64,000 nt of DNA from a virus (lineage: Duplodnaviria; Heunggongvirae; Uroviricota; Caudoviricetes). A program made the position numbers and the translations under genes. The stretch lies in the IMG/VR virus record IMGVR_UViG_3300034106_001169. One strand, 5' to 3'. Below, piece by piece: positions 1-8,328 of the stretch; position 1 is the stretch's first letter, and the number at the start of each line of letters is the position of its first letter. The notes under the pieces were generated by a model that made no database searches, was not told the origin of the DNA, and worked only from the letters and a program-made list of their open reading frames with translations.

Positions 1-998
1 TAGCTACAGGACTAATAACTATACCACCAAATGGATGGGGTGCTGTAGAAAGACTTATATGGGCTTACAAAGATAGACTAAGTAAGTTAGGTCATAATGT
101 AGAGGTTAAATATATGAATGAGCTAGAGAAATGGCCTGATACAATTGTACACGCTCACCTAGCTAATCAAGCTTTATATTGTAGAGATAAAGGTATACCT
201 TATGTGTACTCTCTACATGACCACCATACAGAATGGTATGGTAAAGATAGCTGGGTGTATAAGCAAAATCTAGAAGCTATGAAGCATAGCATTATATCCT
301 TTACACATGCTGAGTATTTGATTGAATACTTTAGTGAGACTGATAAGTTATTCTATCTACCACATGGTGCTGACACTGCATTCTTTACTCCTGACTATCC
401 TCCTAAGACACACTCTTTATTGATGATAGCTAATAATGGATTAGCAGGTGACAGTGGCTTTGATAGAAAAGGATTTAGATATGGTATAGAGGCAGCTGAA
501 GAGTTAGACCTACCTATCACTATAGCTGGACATCCTGACAACCAAAAGTTCTTTGACATCCATTCAGAGCTATTACAATACAAAAAGTTAACTTTAAAGT
601 TAACAAACCCTACAGATGATGAGACTAGAGATTTATATCAATCTCATAGTATATTCTTACATCCATCTATGCTAGAAGCAGGACATCCTAATCTAACATT
701 AATGGAAGCAACAGCATGTGGTATCCCTATTGTAGGAACTTATAAAGGTTCTAGACATATGGATGGTATGTGGGTCTTACCAAACATCAGTACAGATGCT
801 GTTATCAAAGGTGTTAAAGAAGTTATTAAAACTTATGACCATAGAAAGAATGAAGTGTTAGCTGCACGTGATAGTAGAGATTGGTTCCATGTGGCTAAGA
901 CTCTTGAGAAGTTCTACATTAATGTATTAAAGATTAATGAAGGATATACATCAGAAAGAACACAACAATTATACATAAACACATACAATAATTTATGA
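1..998 (+). CDS. Glycosyltransferase, GT4/GT-B-fold family, 5' partial (reading frame +3 is open from the window start; listed Met at 114 is internal)
   Basis: Translation upstream of 114 continues in frame without a stop (…ITIPPNGWGAVERLIWAYKDRLSKLGHNVEVKYMNE…). C-terminal half has the retaining-GT4 signature EAGHPNLTLMEATACGIPIVGT (E-x7-E-like). Stop overlaps the next start (ATGA). Confidence 0.7.
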   Translation, partial: ATGLITIPPNGWGAVERLIWAYKDRLSKLGHNVEVKYMNELEKWPDTIVHAHLANQALYCRDKGIPYVYSLHDHHTEWYGKDSWVYKQNLEAMKHSIISFTHAEYLIEYFSETDKLFYLPHGADTAFFTPDYPPKTHSLLMIANNGLAGDSGFDRKGFRYGIEAAEELDLPITIAGHPDNQKFFDIHSELLQYKKLTLKLTNPTDDETRDLYQSHSIFLHPSMLEAGHPNLTLMEATACGIPIVGTYKGSRHMDGMWVLPNISTDAVIKGVKEVIKTYDHRKNEVLAARDSRDWFHVAKTLEKFYINVLKINEGYTSERTQQLYINTYNNL

Positions 999-1576
999 GA
1001 CTAGAAGTTATTTCTATAGCAGATTTTTATAACAATGTAGATGAAGTGAGAAAGTTTGCTATGGAACAAGAGTATAGAGAAGAACCAGATCATTTTCCAG
1101 GAAGAAGAACAGTTCCATTCTTAAATGATAGTACAAAAGAAATTATTAAAGATGTATTAAGACCAATGTGTGGAGAAGTTACTTGGTGGGGAGGCAAAGA
1201 CTCTGGTTGTTTTCAATATACCACTGCTACTGACAGATCTTGGATTCATTCTGATGGAACAACAATGTGGGCAGGAGTTATCTATTTAACTCCTGATGCT
1301 CCATTATCAGCAGGCACTGGCATATTCAGACATAAATCAACAGGATTAAAAGGATGGATACATACAGAACACACTGATGAAGAAAATACTAATTGGTTAA
1401 ACAGTAATGAGAGTTATGATTATACAAAATGGGATATGGTAGATAAGATTGGTAATGTTTATAATAGACTTATTATGTATAGAGGTGACTTGTTCCATGT
1501 ATCTTTAGACTATTTTGGAAAAGATATAAATGATGGCAGATTATTTCAAACCTTCTTTTTAAACACAGAGAAATGA
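995..1576 (+). CDS. Hypothetical protein, possibly a cupin/2OG-oxygenase-like fold (HSD…H)
   Basis: 193 aa, translationally coupled to flanking genes. It has IHSDG and FRHKSTG, a candidate HxD…H metal triad with short spacing. No firm family assignment from sequence alone. Confidence 0.3.
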   Translation: MRLEVISIADFYNNVDEVRKFAMEQEYREEPDHFPGRRTVPFLNDSTKEIIKDVLRPMCGEVTWWGGKDSGCFQYTTATDRSWIHSDGTTMWAGVIYLTPDAPLSAGTGIFRHKSTGLKGWIHTEHTDEENTNWLNSNESYDYTKWDMVDKIGNVYNRLIMYRGDLFHVSLDYFGKDINDGRLFQTFFLNTEK

Positions 1577-2637
1577 TAACATATAAAATATTACATATCA
1601 ATGGTTTACACTTTGAACTAGTGGATGATGGGGGAAAAGGTAGAGAATACGATGTAAGCTTTGTAGATGGTAATACAACTATCTATGAAACTAAAATGAA
1701 GAAAGGTGGATGGTCTAGGCTTAATAGAAAGTATCTATCTAACATAGCCATATTTATTAAGTACCAAGGACGTATAGTGTTACAGATTAATCTATTAGAT
1801 GAACTAGTAGGTAAGAGAGTATTTATTGTCTTTGAGTCTAAGAGTCTTGGAGATAGTATAGCTTGGATGCCATACTGTTTAGCCTTTCAAGAGAAGTATA
1901 AGTGCCACGTTGTGGTGTCTTCTTTTAAGAATGAGTTATTTGAATCTGTATATCCTGAGCTAGAGTTTGTAGAAAGGGGAGTGGTGGTACATAATATAGT
2001 GGCTCAAGTAGAGCTTGGCTGGTTTTGGGAGAAAGATAAAGAGCCTACGCATCCTGCCACTATACCATTACAGCAAGCAGCTAGTAATGTATTAGCTCTA
2101 GAATTTGAAGAGATACAACCTAGGATAGCATTTACACCAGGAGAAAGACCAATAGATAGTAAGTACATATGTATATCTACTAGATCTACAGCACAGTGTA
2201 AGCATTGGTATTATTGGCCAGAGTTAATTCAGGCTCTAAAAGATATAGGATATAGAGTGATAGAACTATCACAGGAGGCAGATGACTTAGGAGCAGAGAA
2301 GCTAGAAGATAAGTCTCTTAATGTAGCTATGAACTATCTACATCATGCAGATATATTTGTTGGTTTATCTAGTGGTATCAGTTGGTTAAACTGGGGTATA
2401 GGTAAGAAGACAGTGATGATTAGTAACTTCACTACACCAGACCATGAGTTTCAATCTAACTGTATACGCATAGTTAATAAAGACGTATGCAATGGCTGTT
2501 GGAACAATCCTGTGTTCAAGTTTAATAAAGGGGATTGGAATTGGTGTCCTGAGCACGAAGATACACCTAGACATTTTGAATGTCACAAATCTATTAGTAT
2601 GACCACTGTATTAAACACAATAAAAGAAAACCTATGA
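1573..2637 (+). CDS. Protein O-glycosyltransferase of the autotransporter-adhesin heptosyltransferase family (TibC/Aah/BAHT-like)
   Basis: 354 aa. Blocks match TibC as I recall it: KRVFIVFESKSLGDSIAWMPYCLAF, SKYICISTRSTAQCKHWYYW, LKDIGYRVIELS and FVGLSSGISWLNWGIGKKTVMISNFTTPDHEF. The C-terminal Cys cluster CNGCWNN…WCPEHEDTPRHFECHK matches the Fe-binding Cys cluster in TibC. Confidence 0.55.
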   Translation: MITYKILHINGLHFELVDDGGKGREYDVSFVDGNTTIYETKMKKGGWSRLNRKYLSNIAIFIKYQGRIVLQINLLDELVGKRVFIVFESKSLGDSIAWMPYCLAFQEKYKCHVVVSSFKNELFESVYPELEFVERGVVVHNIVAQVELGWFWEKDKEPTHPATIPLQQAASNVLALEFEEIQPRIAFTPGERPIDSKYICISTRSTAQCKHWYYWPELIQALKDIGYRVIELSQEADDLGAEKLEDKSLNVAMNYLHHADIFVGLSSGISWLNWGIGKKTVMISNFTTPDHEFQSNCIRIVNKDVCNGCWNNPVFKFNKGDWNWCPEHEDTPRHFECHKSISMTTVLNTIKENL

Positions 2638-3278
2638 ACCAGCAAGAAAATATATTAACAATATTCCCAACTATAATTTATACTAACAAAATAAATAGGG
2701 AATTTACAAAAGATGAATTAAACTGTATATTAGGTTATTATGATAAAGCAAATGCTACAGCACATGATATTTTATCTACAGATATGAATGTTCTTGACAA
2801 TGAAAAGTTATCAGATATAAAAGCTTTTTGTCAAGAAATGTTAGATGATTTCTTCTTAAAAGTATACAACCCAATTAATCCAAACAATGTAAGATTAAAA
2901 CTTACACAGTCTTGGTTAAATTTTATATATGGTGATAGACACCATGAGAGTCACAAACACCATAATTCATTTATGAGTGGAGTAATTTATATCAATGCTT
3001 ATAAAGACAAAGATTCTATTATATTTACAAAACCAGATACTGATTTTAACTGGCACATACAACCTAAAGAGGCAACTAAATATAACTATAGCCATTCTCA
3101 TCATGCTGTTAACACAGGTGATATAATTATATTTCCAGCTAACTTGTATCATAGCACACCTGTAAACACTAACAACTACGTTAGAATTAGTCTAGCTTTT
3201 AGTTCTTTTTTAACAGGAACTATAGGTTATGTTGAAGGACCACTTACAGGTATTAACCAATTAAAACTAAATTTATGA
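2634..3278 (+). CDS. 2OG-Fe(II) oxygenase, PF13759/TIGR02466-like (paralog 1)
   Basis: TQSWLNFIYGDRHHESHKHHNSFMSGVIYIN … IIIFPANLYHSTPVNTNNYVRISLAFSS. This is the HxH…H plus RISxSFN pattern typical of the small phage and cyanobacterial 2OG oxygenase family. Confidence 0.65.
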   Translation: MNQQENILTIFPTIIYTNKINREFTKDELNCILGYYDKANATAHDILSTDMNVLDNEKLSDIKAFCQEMLDDFFLKVYNPINPNNVRLKLTQSWLNFIYGDRHHESHKHHNSFMSGVIYINAYKDKDSIIFTKPDTDFNWHIQPKEATKYNYSHSHHAVNTGDIIIFPANLYHSTPVNTNNYVRISLAFSSFLTGTIGYVEGPLTGINQLKLNL

Positions 3279-3901
3279 AACTAAATACACTTCAACTATT
3301 TCCAACTCCCTTGATGACATTTGGACTTGAAAGAGATTTTACAAAAGAGGAATTAGATTATGTACATAGTCAAGAAATGGGAATTAGTATTGGTAATGAA
3401 GGTTCTTATAATCATAGAGTACTAGAAAACCCTATTATGGCAAATCTTAAAAAGTTTGCACAAGATGCTTTAGATCAATATTTTGAGGAGATTTATTCAC
3501 CAGCAAGACCAGAAGAAGTAAGATTAAAACTAACTCAATCATGGACAAACGTAACAGAACCAGGTGAAAACCACCATATACATTATCATCCTAATAGTGT
3601 AATAAGTGGAGTTATTTATATTAATGCAGATATAAATGATGATGAAATTGTTTTTTCAAATGTAAAAGAAACGATATGGGAATTTGTAGTAAAGAATAAG
3701 AATGCATACAACTCTCGTCAATATCATCTTCCTGTTTCAACAGGATTTATGGTTTTGTTTCCATCACAAATGTTTCATGGAGTTCCAGAAACCAAAAGCA
3801 AAACTGCTAGAATAAGTTTAGCCTTTAACTCTTTCTTTGAAGGTAAGCTTGGTATTGAGAACGATGGTGTGAATTATTTAGAAATAAATAATACAGTGTA
3901 G
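3275..3901 (+). CDS. 2OG-Fe(II) oxygenase, PF13759/TIGR02466-like (paralog 2)
   Basis: TQSWTNVTEPGENHHIHYHPNSVISGVIYINAD … LFPSQMFHGVPETKSKTARISLAFNSF. Same architecture as 2634..3278; tandem duplicate. Confidence 0.65.
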   Translation: MKLNTLQLFPTPLMTFGLERDFTKEELDYVHSQEMGISIGNEGSYNHRVLENPIMANLKKFAQDALDQYFEEIYSPARPEEVRLKLTQSWTNVTEPGENHHIHYHPNSVISGVIYINADINDDEIVFSNVKETIWEFVVKNKNAYNSRQYHLPVSTGFMVLFPSQMFHGVPETKSKTARISLAFNSFFEGKLGIENDGVNYLEINNTV

Positions 3902-4714
3902 CTATTTGTTATATTTGAAATACTTAAAGAACCAATCATAGTTTTTATATACCCAATCACATGCAGGCCTACCTATAATTTGTTCAGCTTGTGATTCCTT
4001 TTTCTTAACTACATTTCTAATCTCATGACTTGCAAAATAGAATATATCATTCTCTTTTGTAGTTTGTTCTATGTTATTAAAATCATGTTGGAAGTATGGT
4101 ATTTCTAAGTAGTTATAAACCCTAGCCATCTCTCTATTAGGATCTTCGCAAAAGTCTTCATACTTAATAAACAATATTTTAGAGTCAAGTCTAAAGTTAA
4201 TAATATCTTTGACAGCATCAAATACAACACCAATAGGATTTGTTTTACTCCAATCTATTATTCTCTTTTCCATTGTTGTATTCTTCAAATCAGACCAACT
4301 TATTAATGGATTTATTGTCAATGGATTTCTTCTATAGTTAGATTCAAAGGACGCAAATACATCTCTTGGGTCTCTAATCATACTTACAATCTTAGGATCT
4401 TTTCCATTAATACTTTTTAATAAATCAAAGTTCATTCCCCAATAGAAACTCTTATCTACAAAATAAGGCTTATCTGAAATTGAATTAGCATATCCTTTTA
4501 TTCCTTCTCTACAGAAAGACAATACAGCCTTTTCCATAACGTTAACATCTTGAGCTTTGAACTCAGCTAATATGAACTTTTCCTTTATTGACTGCAAGAA
4601 TTCAACCACACCACTTGTAGGAGTGGCATACATATCAGGATTTTGATTAAATACATTTTGTAATAATGTGCTTCCAGATCTGGGCAAGCTGCTATTATAA
4701 AATATCTCTTGCAT
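3902..4714 (-). CDS. Sulfotransferase (PAPS-dependent family)
   Basis: N-terminal LPRSGSTLL (5'-phosphosulfate-binding P-loop-like PKSGTT motif) and IVSMIRDPRDVFAS (3'-phosphate-binding RDPRD motif). Its stop abuts the stop of the convergent + strand gene at 3901. Confidence 0.65.
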   Translation of the reverse strand: MQEIFYNSSLPRSGSTLLQNVFNQNPDMYATPTSGVVEFLQSIKEKFILAEFKAQDVNVMEKAVLSFCREGIKGYANSISDKPYFVDKSFYWGMNFDLLKSINGKDPKIVSMIRDPRDVFASFESNYRRNPLTINPLISWSDLKNTTMEKRIIDWSKTNPIGVVFDAVKDIINFRLDSKILFIKYEDFCEDPNREMARVYNYLEIPYFQHDFNNIEQTTKENDIFYFASHEIRNVVKKKESQAEQIIGRPACDWVYKNYDWFFKYFKYNK

Positions 4715-5235
4715 TATATTGTTGTTGGTTTTGATGTATTAAAAGTTAAACTCATCTTTAAATCATTTCCTACATTCTTTGGTTCATAATATAATAAATG
4801 AGATGGGAATAATAATAAGTCACCTCTTTTTACACTAATTGTTTCTTTAACTTCTGGAAAAACAATTGTATGAAAGTTTGCACTAGCATTAACATAGAGT
4901 ATGCCAGTTATTAAACTGTTAGGATGATTGTGAGATTGATGCTCTTCGCTTGGCATTGTAAAATTTAGCCAAGACTCTGTAATGTAAATGTTAGCATCAT
5001 TAATGTATTTGTTTAAAGAACTTAAACAAAAAGATTTAATATCAATTAGTTCAGATTTGTCTAATACAGTTATGCATTTAGTTTTTGAATTTCCTAAATC
5101 TGATTCAATGTTTGCAATATTTTGAGTATAGCCAACAAAAATATCCTTCTCTTCCCTTGTAAACTTTCTATCTAAGCTAAGCTTAGAAATAAGAGACTGC
5201 ATATATTCTATTTGTAGTGTTCTCCTCCCACCCAT
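4714..5235 (-). CDS. 2OG-Fe(II) oxygenase, PF13759/TIGR02466-like (paralog 3)
   Basis: TESWLNFTMPSEEHQSHNHPNSLITGILYVNAS … LLFPSHLLYYEP … LKMSLTFNTS. Listed start overlaps the upstream gene by 28 nt; the internal Met (MQSLISK, about 5202) is a likelier start. Confidence 0.6.
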   Translation of the reverse strand: MGGRRTLQIEYMQSLISKLSLDRKFTREEKDIFVGYTQNIANIESDLGNSKTKCITVLDKSELIDIKSFCLSSLNKYINDANIYITESWLNFTMPSEEHQSHNHPNSLITGILYVNASANFHTIVFPEVKETISVKRGDLLLFPSHLLYYEPKNVGNDLKMSLTFNTSKPTTI

Positions 5236-5804
5236 AGTACGAAAGAACGTCTAGTTCCTTTAGTTACTTTGGTAACTCTGTGCATCATATAAGAAGGGAA
5301 TATAAATACAACACCTTTACCTCTTGGTGCTTTACTAGCTTTTTCAGGATCTCCTCCTCTAAAGTATTCTAAATCACCACCTTCATATTCATCAGAATCA
5401 GATAGTTGTACAGTAATACTTATCTTTCTTTTGGACATTTCATCTGGACCAATATCTTGGTGCCATGCATAATGTCCTCCTTTATCAGCATAATATTCTG
5501 TGTATTGAATATGATCTATTAAACTATGTAAATCAAAATGCCAAATTGCATTATTGGCTTCTATAACCATGTTCATTAGCTTTTCATAAAGCCATCCCCA
5601 TTGTTCATTTGGTGGAATCCATTTAATAGAAGATGATCTAATGTCTAAATTTTCTTCATCATTTCCTATAATTGCTTTTTGAAATGGAATTATTGCAACT
5701 CCATTATAAATTTTGTCTAGTTCTTCTGTAGAAAATCCTTGATTAAAGAAATAATAATTTTGTGAGTCACAAGTGTGCTTTGGAAAAACAATAGAGGTGT
5801 TCAT
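5208..5804 (-). CDS. Prolyl-4-hydroxylase-like 2OG-Fe(II) oxygenase (PF13640-type)
   Basis: HYAWHQDIGPD (HxD), MMHRVTKV (distal His) and GTRRSFVLWV (RxS 2-oxoglutarate-binding motif) in the order and spacing typical of P4H/PhyH-type enzymes. Confidence 0.7.
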   Translation of the reverse strand: MNTSIVFPKHTCDSQNYYFFNQGFSTEELDKIYNGVAIIPFQKAIIGNDEENLDIRSSSIKWIPPNEQWGWLYEKLMNMVIEANNAIWHFDLHSLIDHIQYTEYYADKGGHYAWHQDIGPDEMSKRKISITVQLSDSDEYEGGDLEYFRGGDPEKASKAPRGKGVVFIFPSYMMHRVTKVTKGTRRSFVLWVGGEHYK

Positions 5805-5829
5805 TATTTAAATTTTAGATAGAACAAAG

Positions 5830-6897
5830 TTAAGCATTATTTTCTAATATCTGCAACTTTTCATCTAATTCTTGTATAGCTTTCATTAAAATACCTAAAC
5901 TAGAAGGTATAACTATTTGATCATGAGCACTAGTAGCTAACTCTTCTCGTGTTTCTTCAGCAATAAAACCTATATGTGTTTCACCTTGAAGATCAGCATC
6001 TTCAAATTCAAAAGATATAATATCTGTATCATTAATTATTTCTAATGCAGATTTAGCAAATGGCTCAATGTTTTTCTTAATTTCTCTAGTAGAGGCTGGG
6101 AAGAAGTTACCCCCTCCTGCACCAATGCCTCCATTACTATACCATTGAGAAGATGAGTTATTATAGAAATAAACTGAACCATTTATACACCCCCTAACAC
6201 CTCCAAAATTATTCATGTTGTTAGCCATGTAAACTTGTCCACTAACATAAATAGAATTGAATGTAGGATTATCACCATAGTTTAGTGATTGACCATTTGT
6301 ATTTGAAGGACCTTGTGGACCTGTAGGGCCTGTTGGGCCTGTAGGACTAGCACCAGCAGGTCCTGTAGCACCTGCAGCTCCTTGTGGACCTTGTGGTCCT
6401 GTTCCACCATTAACACCACTAGTACCTGATGAACCTCTAGGTCCTAATGCACCTTGTGGACCAGTAAGACCTTGTGGTCCTTGTGGACCTGTGGGACCAT
6501 TGGCACCAGCTAGACCAGAGTTACCACTCGAAGCAGATAAGCCAGAGCTTCCACTTGTAGCAGCTACACCTGAAGAACCACTTGAGCCTGATGTACCTGC
6601 AGAACCTGATTCTGCAGATAATACTGAAGCACCACTAGTTCCTGCAGAGCCACTTGTTCCAGAGGTTCCAGAGGTTCCTGATGTTCCATATGCTCCTGTT
6701 AATTCAACAGTCCAAGAATTAAATGTTCCTGAACCATTTGATTCTAAAGGAGTTATAATTAATGTACCTGTGCTAGGATTATATGACACTACTCTTCCAA
6801 TAACATAATTGGTAGAGTTAGCACTAACTTGTACAAAATCATTTGTTACAAATGAAAGATTTGTAGTTACAGTGAATGTCAAATTTGAATAAGGCAT
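5830..6897 (-). CDS. Collagen-like triple-helix tail fibre with C-terminal intramolecular chaperone (peptidase S74-like) domain
   Basis: N-terminal module [10 protein letters not shown]…SWTVELTG. Gly-X-Y repeats run for about 165 residues (GTSGTSG…[16 protein letters not shown]…). C-terminus is [12 protein letters not shown]…IGFIAEE…[13 protein letters not shown], with the Ser…Lys dyad and layout of endosialidase-type self-cleaving chaperone domains. Confidence 0.8.
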   Translation of the reverse strand: MPYSNLTFTVTTNLSFVTNDFVQVSANSTNYVIGRVVSYNPSTGTLIITPLESNGSGTFNSWTVELTGAYGTSGTSGTSGTSGSAGTSGASVLSAESGSAGTSGSSGSSGVAATSGSSGLSASSGNSGLAGANGPTGPQGPQGLTGPQGALGPRGSSGTSGVNGGTGPQGPQGAAGATGPAGASPTGPTGPTGPQGPSNTNGQSLNYGDNPTFNSIYVSGQVYMANNMNNFGGVRGCINGSVYFYNNSSSQWYSNGGIGAGGGNFFPASTREIKKNIEPFAKSALEIINDTDIISFEFEDADLQGETHIGFIAEETREELATSAHDQIVIPSSLGILMKAIQELDEKLQILENNA

Positions 6898-6907
6898 TAT
6901 TTATTAA

Positions 6908-7270
6908 TTACTTTTGTAAAAATGGTGAATTGATTACAACAATACTAGGTGTAACTCTTTCTTGTATTCTTTTTAACACTTTGTTTTTAATCCAATCAAC
7001 ATTTCTTTGCTTCTTGTTTTCAGAAGCTTCCACCCATTTTTCAACAATTTCTGGAGTTAACTGATCATATGATGTAAAATTAGAATTTTCATCAAACTCT
7101 ATGAGAGTTACACCACTCCAAAAGTCTTTGAAAGATGTTCCAGTTTCATCAATGTATTCTCCATGTAATGAGAATCCTATTTTTGTAACTACGTTAACTT
7201 GATCTTTTAAAGATGGAACTACATGAAGCTGAGTTAATTCCCAAGTGTATTTGATATCATTTATTGTCAT
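6908..7270 (-). CDS. Hypothetical protein between fibre genes
   Basis: 120 aa ORF filling the gap between two fibre genes with 2 to 10 nt spacing. No recognisable motif. Confidence 0.4.
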   Translation of the reverse strand: MTINDIKYTWELTQLHVVPSLKDQVNVVTKIGFSLHGEYIDETGTSFKDFWSGVTLIEFDENSNFTSYDQLTPEIVEKWVEASENKKQRNVDWIKNKVLKRIQERVTPSIVVINSPFLQK

Positions 7271-7272
7271 AT

Positions 7273-8328
7273 CTATTTATTTTGTAAGTTTTTAATTTTC
7301 TCATCTAGCTCTTGAATTGCTTTCATAGCTACACAAATTGTGGAAGGAATAACCATTTCATCATGATCTGAAGAAGACATCTCAATAGGAGTTTCTTCAG
7401 CAATAAATCCTATTTTAACTAAATCTGTATAATGTGTTTCGCCTTCATATTTAAATGAAACAATTTCTGTTTGGTTAATTAGATCAAGTCCAGATTTAAT
7501 AAATGGTTCTATGTTCTTTTTAGCTTCTCTTGTAGATGTACCAAAGAAATAAGCAGAACCAATTGAGCCATAAGAAAACCAATTTGAACCATTACCATAC
7601 CAACTTACACCTTGGTTTGCACTATTAGAAACTTTTGGACATATATAATTACCTCCAGCATTTGATTGCGTCATAGCCATTCCACCAAAGTTTACATTAG
7701 CACCTGTAGTTAATCCTTGGTTATAAACTGTTTGAGGTCCTTGTCCTCCTGGAGCTCCTGTTGGTCCTGTATTGCCTGGATTTGCTGGTCCTTGTGGGCC
7801 TGTTGGACCTTGAGGACCTTGTGGTCCTGTGGCACCTGTTGGTCCATTATTCCTAGAAAGACCTGATGTTCCTGAAGAACCTGTGGCACCTGTTGGTCCT
7901 TGTACACCTTGAGGGCCTGTTGGTCCAATAGCACCTGATGTGCCTGCTGAACCTGACGTGCCTGCAGTGGCACTAGAACCAGATGTACCAGCTGTTCCAC
8001 TTGATCTACTTAAACCATCAGAGCCTGATGTTCCAGAAGTACCAGAACTTCCAGCATCACCAGATGTAGCACTTGTTCCACTAGAGCCTGATGTTCCTGA
8101 TGTTCCATTTGTTCCAGATGAACCAGCATTGCCTGTTAATTGAACGTTCCATATTGAATATGATCCACTACCTACAGATTTAACTGGGGTGATTACCATA
8201 ACACCTGTTACATCACTATACGAAACCACTGTACCAATAACGTAGTTATCTGCATCATAGCTTAGTTGCACAAAGTCTCCTGCTACATAGCTTAGTCTAG
8301 GTGAACAATTAAAAGTTGCGTTAGGCAT
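7273..8328 (-). CDS. Collagen-like tail fibre with C-terminal S74-like intramolecular chaperone domain
   Basis: MPNATFN…SIWNVQLTG N-module, long Gly-X-Y run (GTSGSSG…GPTGPQGVQGPTGATG…), C-terminal TSTREAKKNIEPF…[11 protein letters not shown]…ELDEKIKNLQNK. Confidence 0.8.
   Translation of the reverse strand: MPNATFNCSPRLSYVAGDFVQLSYDADNYVIGTVVSYSDVTGVMVITPVKSVGSGSYSIWNVQLTGNAGSSGTNGTSGTSGSSGTSATSGDAGSSGTSGTSGSDGLSRSSGTAGTSGSSATAGTSGSAGTSGAIGPTGPQGVQGPTGATGSSGTSGLSRNNGPTGATGPQGPQGPTGPQGPANPGNTGPTGAPGGQGPQTVYNQGLTTGANVNFGGMAMTQSNAGGNYICPKVSNSANQGVSWYGNGSNWFSYGSIGSAYFFGTSTREAKKNIEPFIKSGLDLINQTEIVSFKYEGETHYTDLVKIGFIAEETPIEMSSSDHDEMVIPSTICVAMKAIQELDEKIKNLQNK

Noticed and set aside
995-1576. Confident assignment of 995..1576 as a fourth type of 2OG oxygenase
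   Set aside because: Only a tentative HSD…H pair with atypically short spacing. Left as hypothetical.
6491-6808. Plus-strand ORFs rich in PEVP/DVP/LVP repeats opposite the collagen-like genes (also 7940..8143, 10202..10648, 10748..11179, 11818..12345, 12457..12714, 50063..50350, 50474..50983)
   Set aside because: They are reverse-complement images of GGN-ACN-AGY collagen codon repeats. Periodic low-complexity sequence keeps the antisense frame open. There are no independent start contexts, and they lie wholly inside well-supported fibre genes.
7710-8000. Minus-strand out-of-frame ORFs inside fibre genes with QVLQ/LVHL repeats (also 8761..8946, 8971..9249, 9738..9983, 10326..10565, 10764..11117, 11708..12256, 12452..12919, 50019..50264, 50574..50942)
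   Set aside because: Alternative-frame readings of the same trinucleotide-periodic repeats. Leu/Gln/Val-only composition is typical of frame-shifted Gly-X-Y DNA, not of real proteins.
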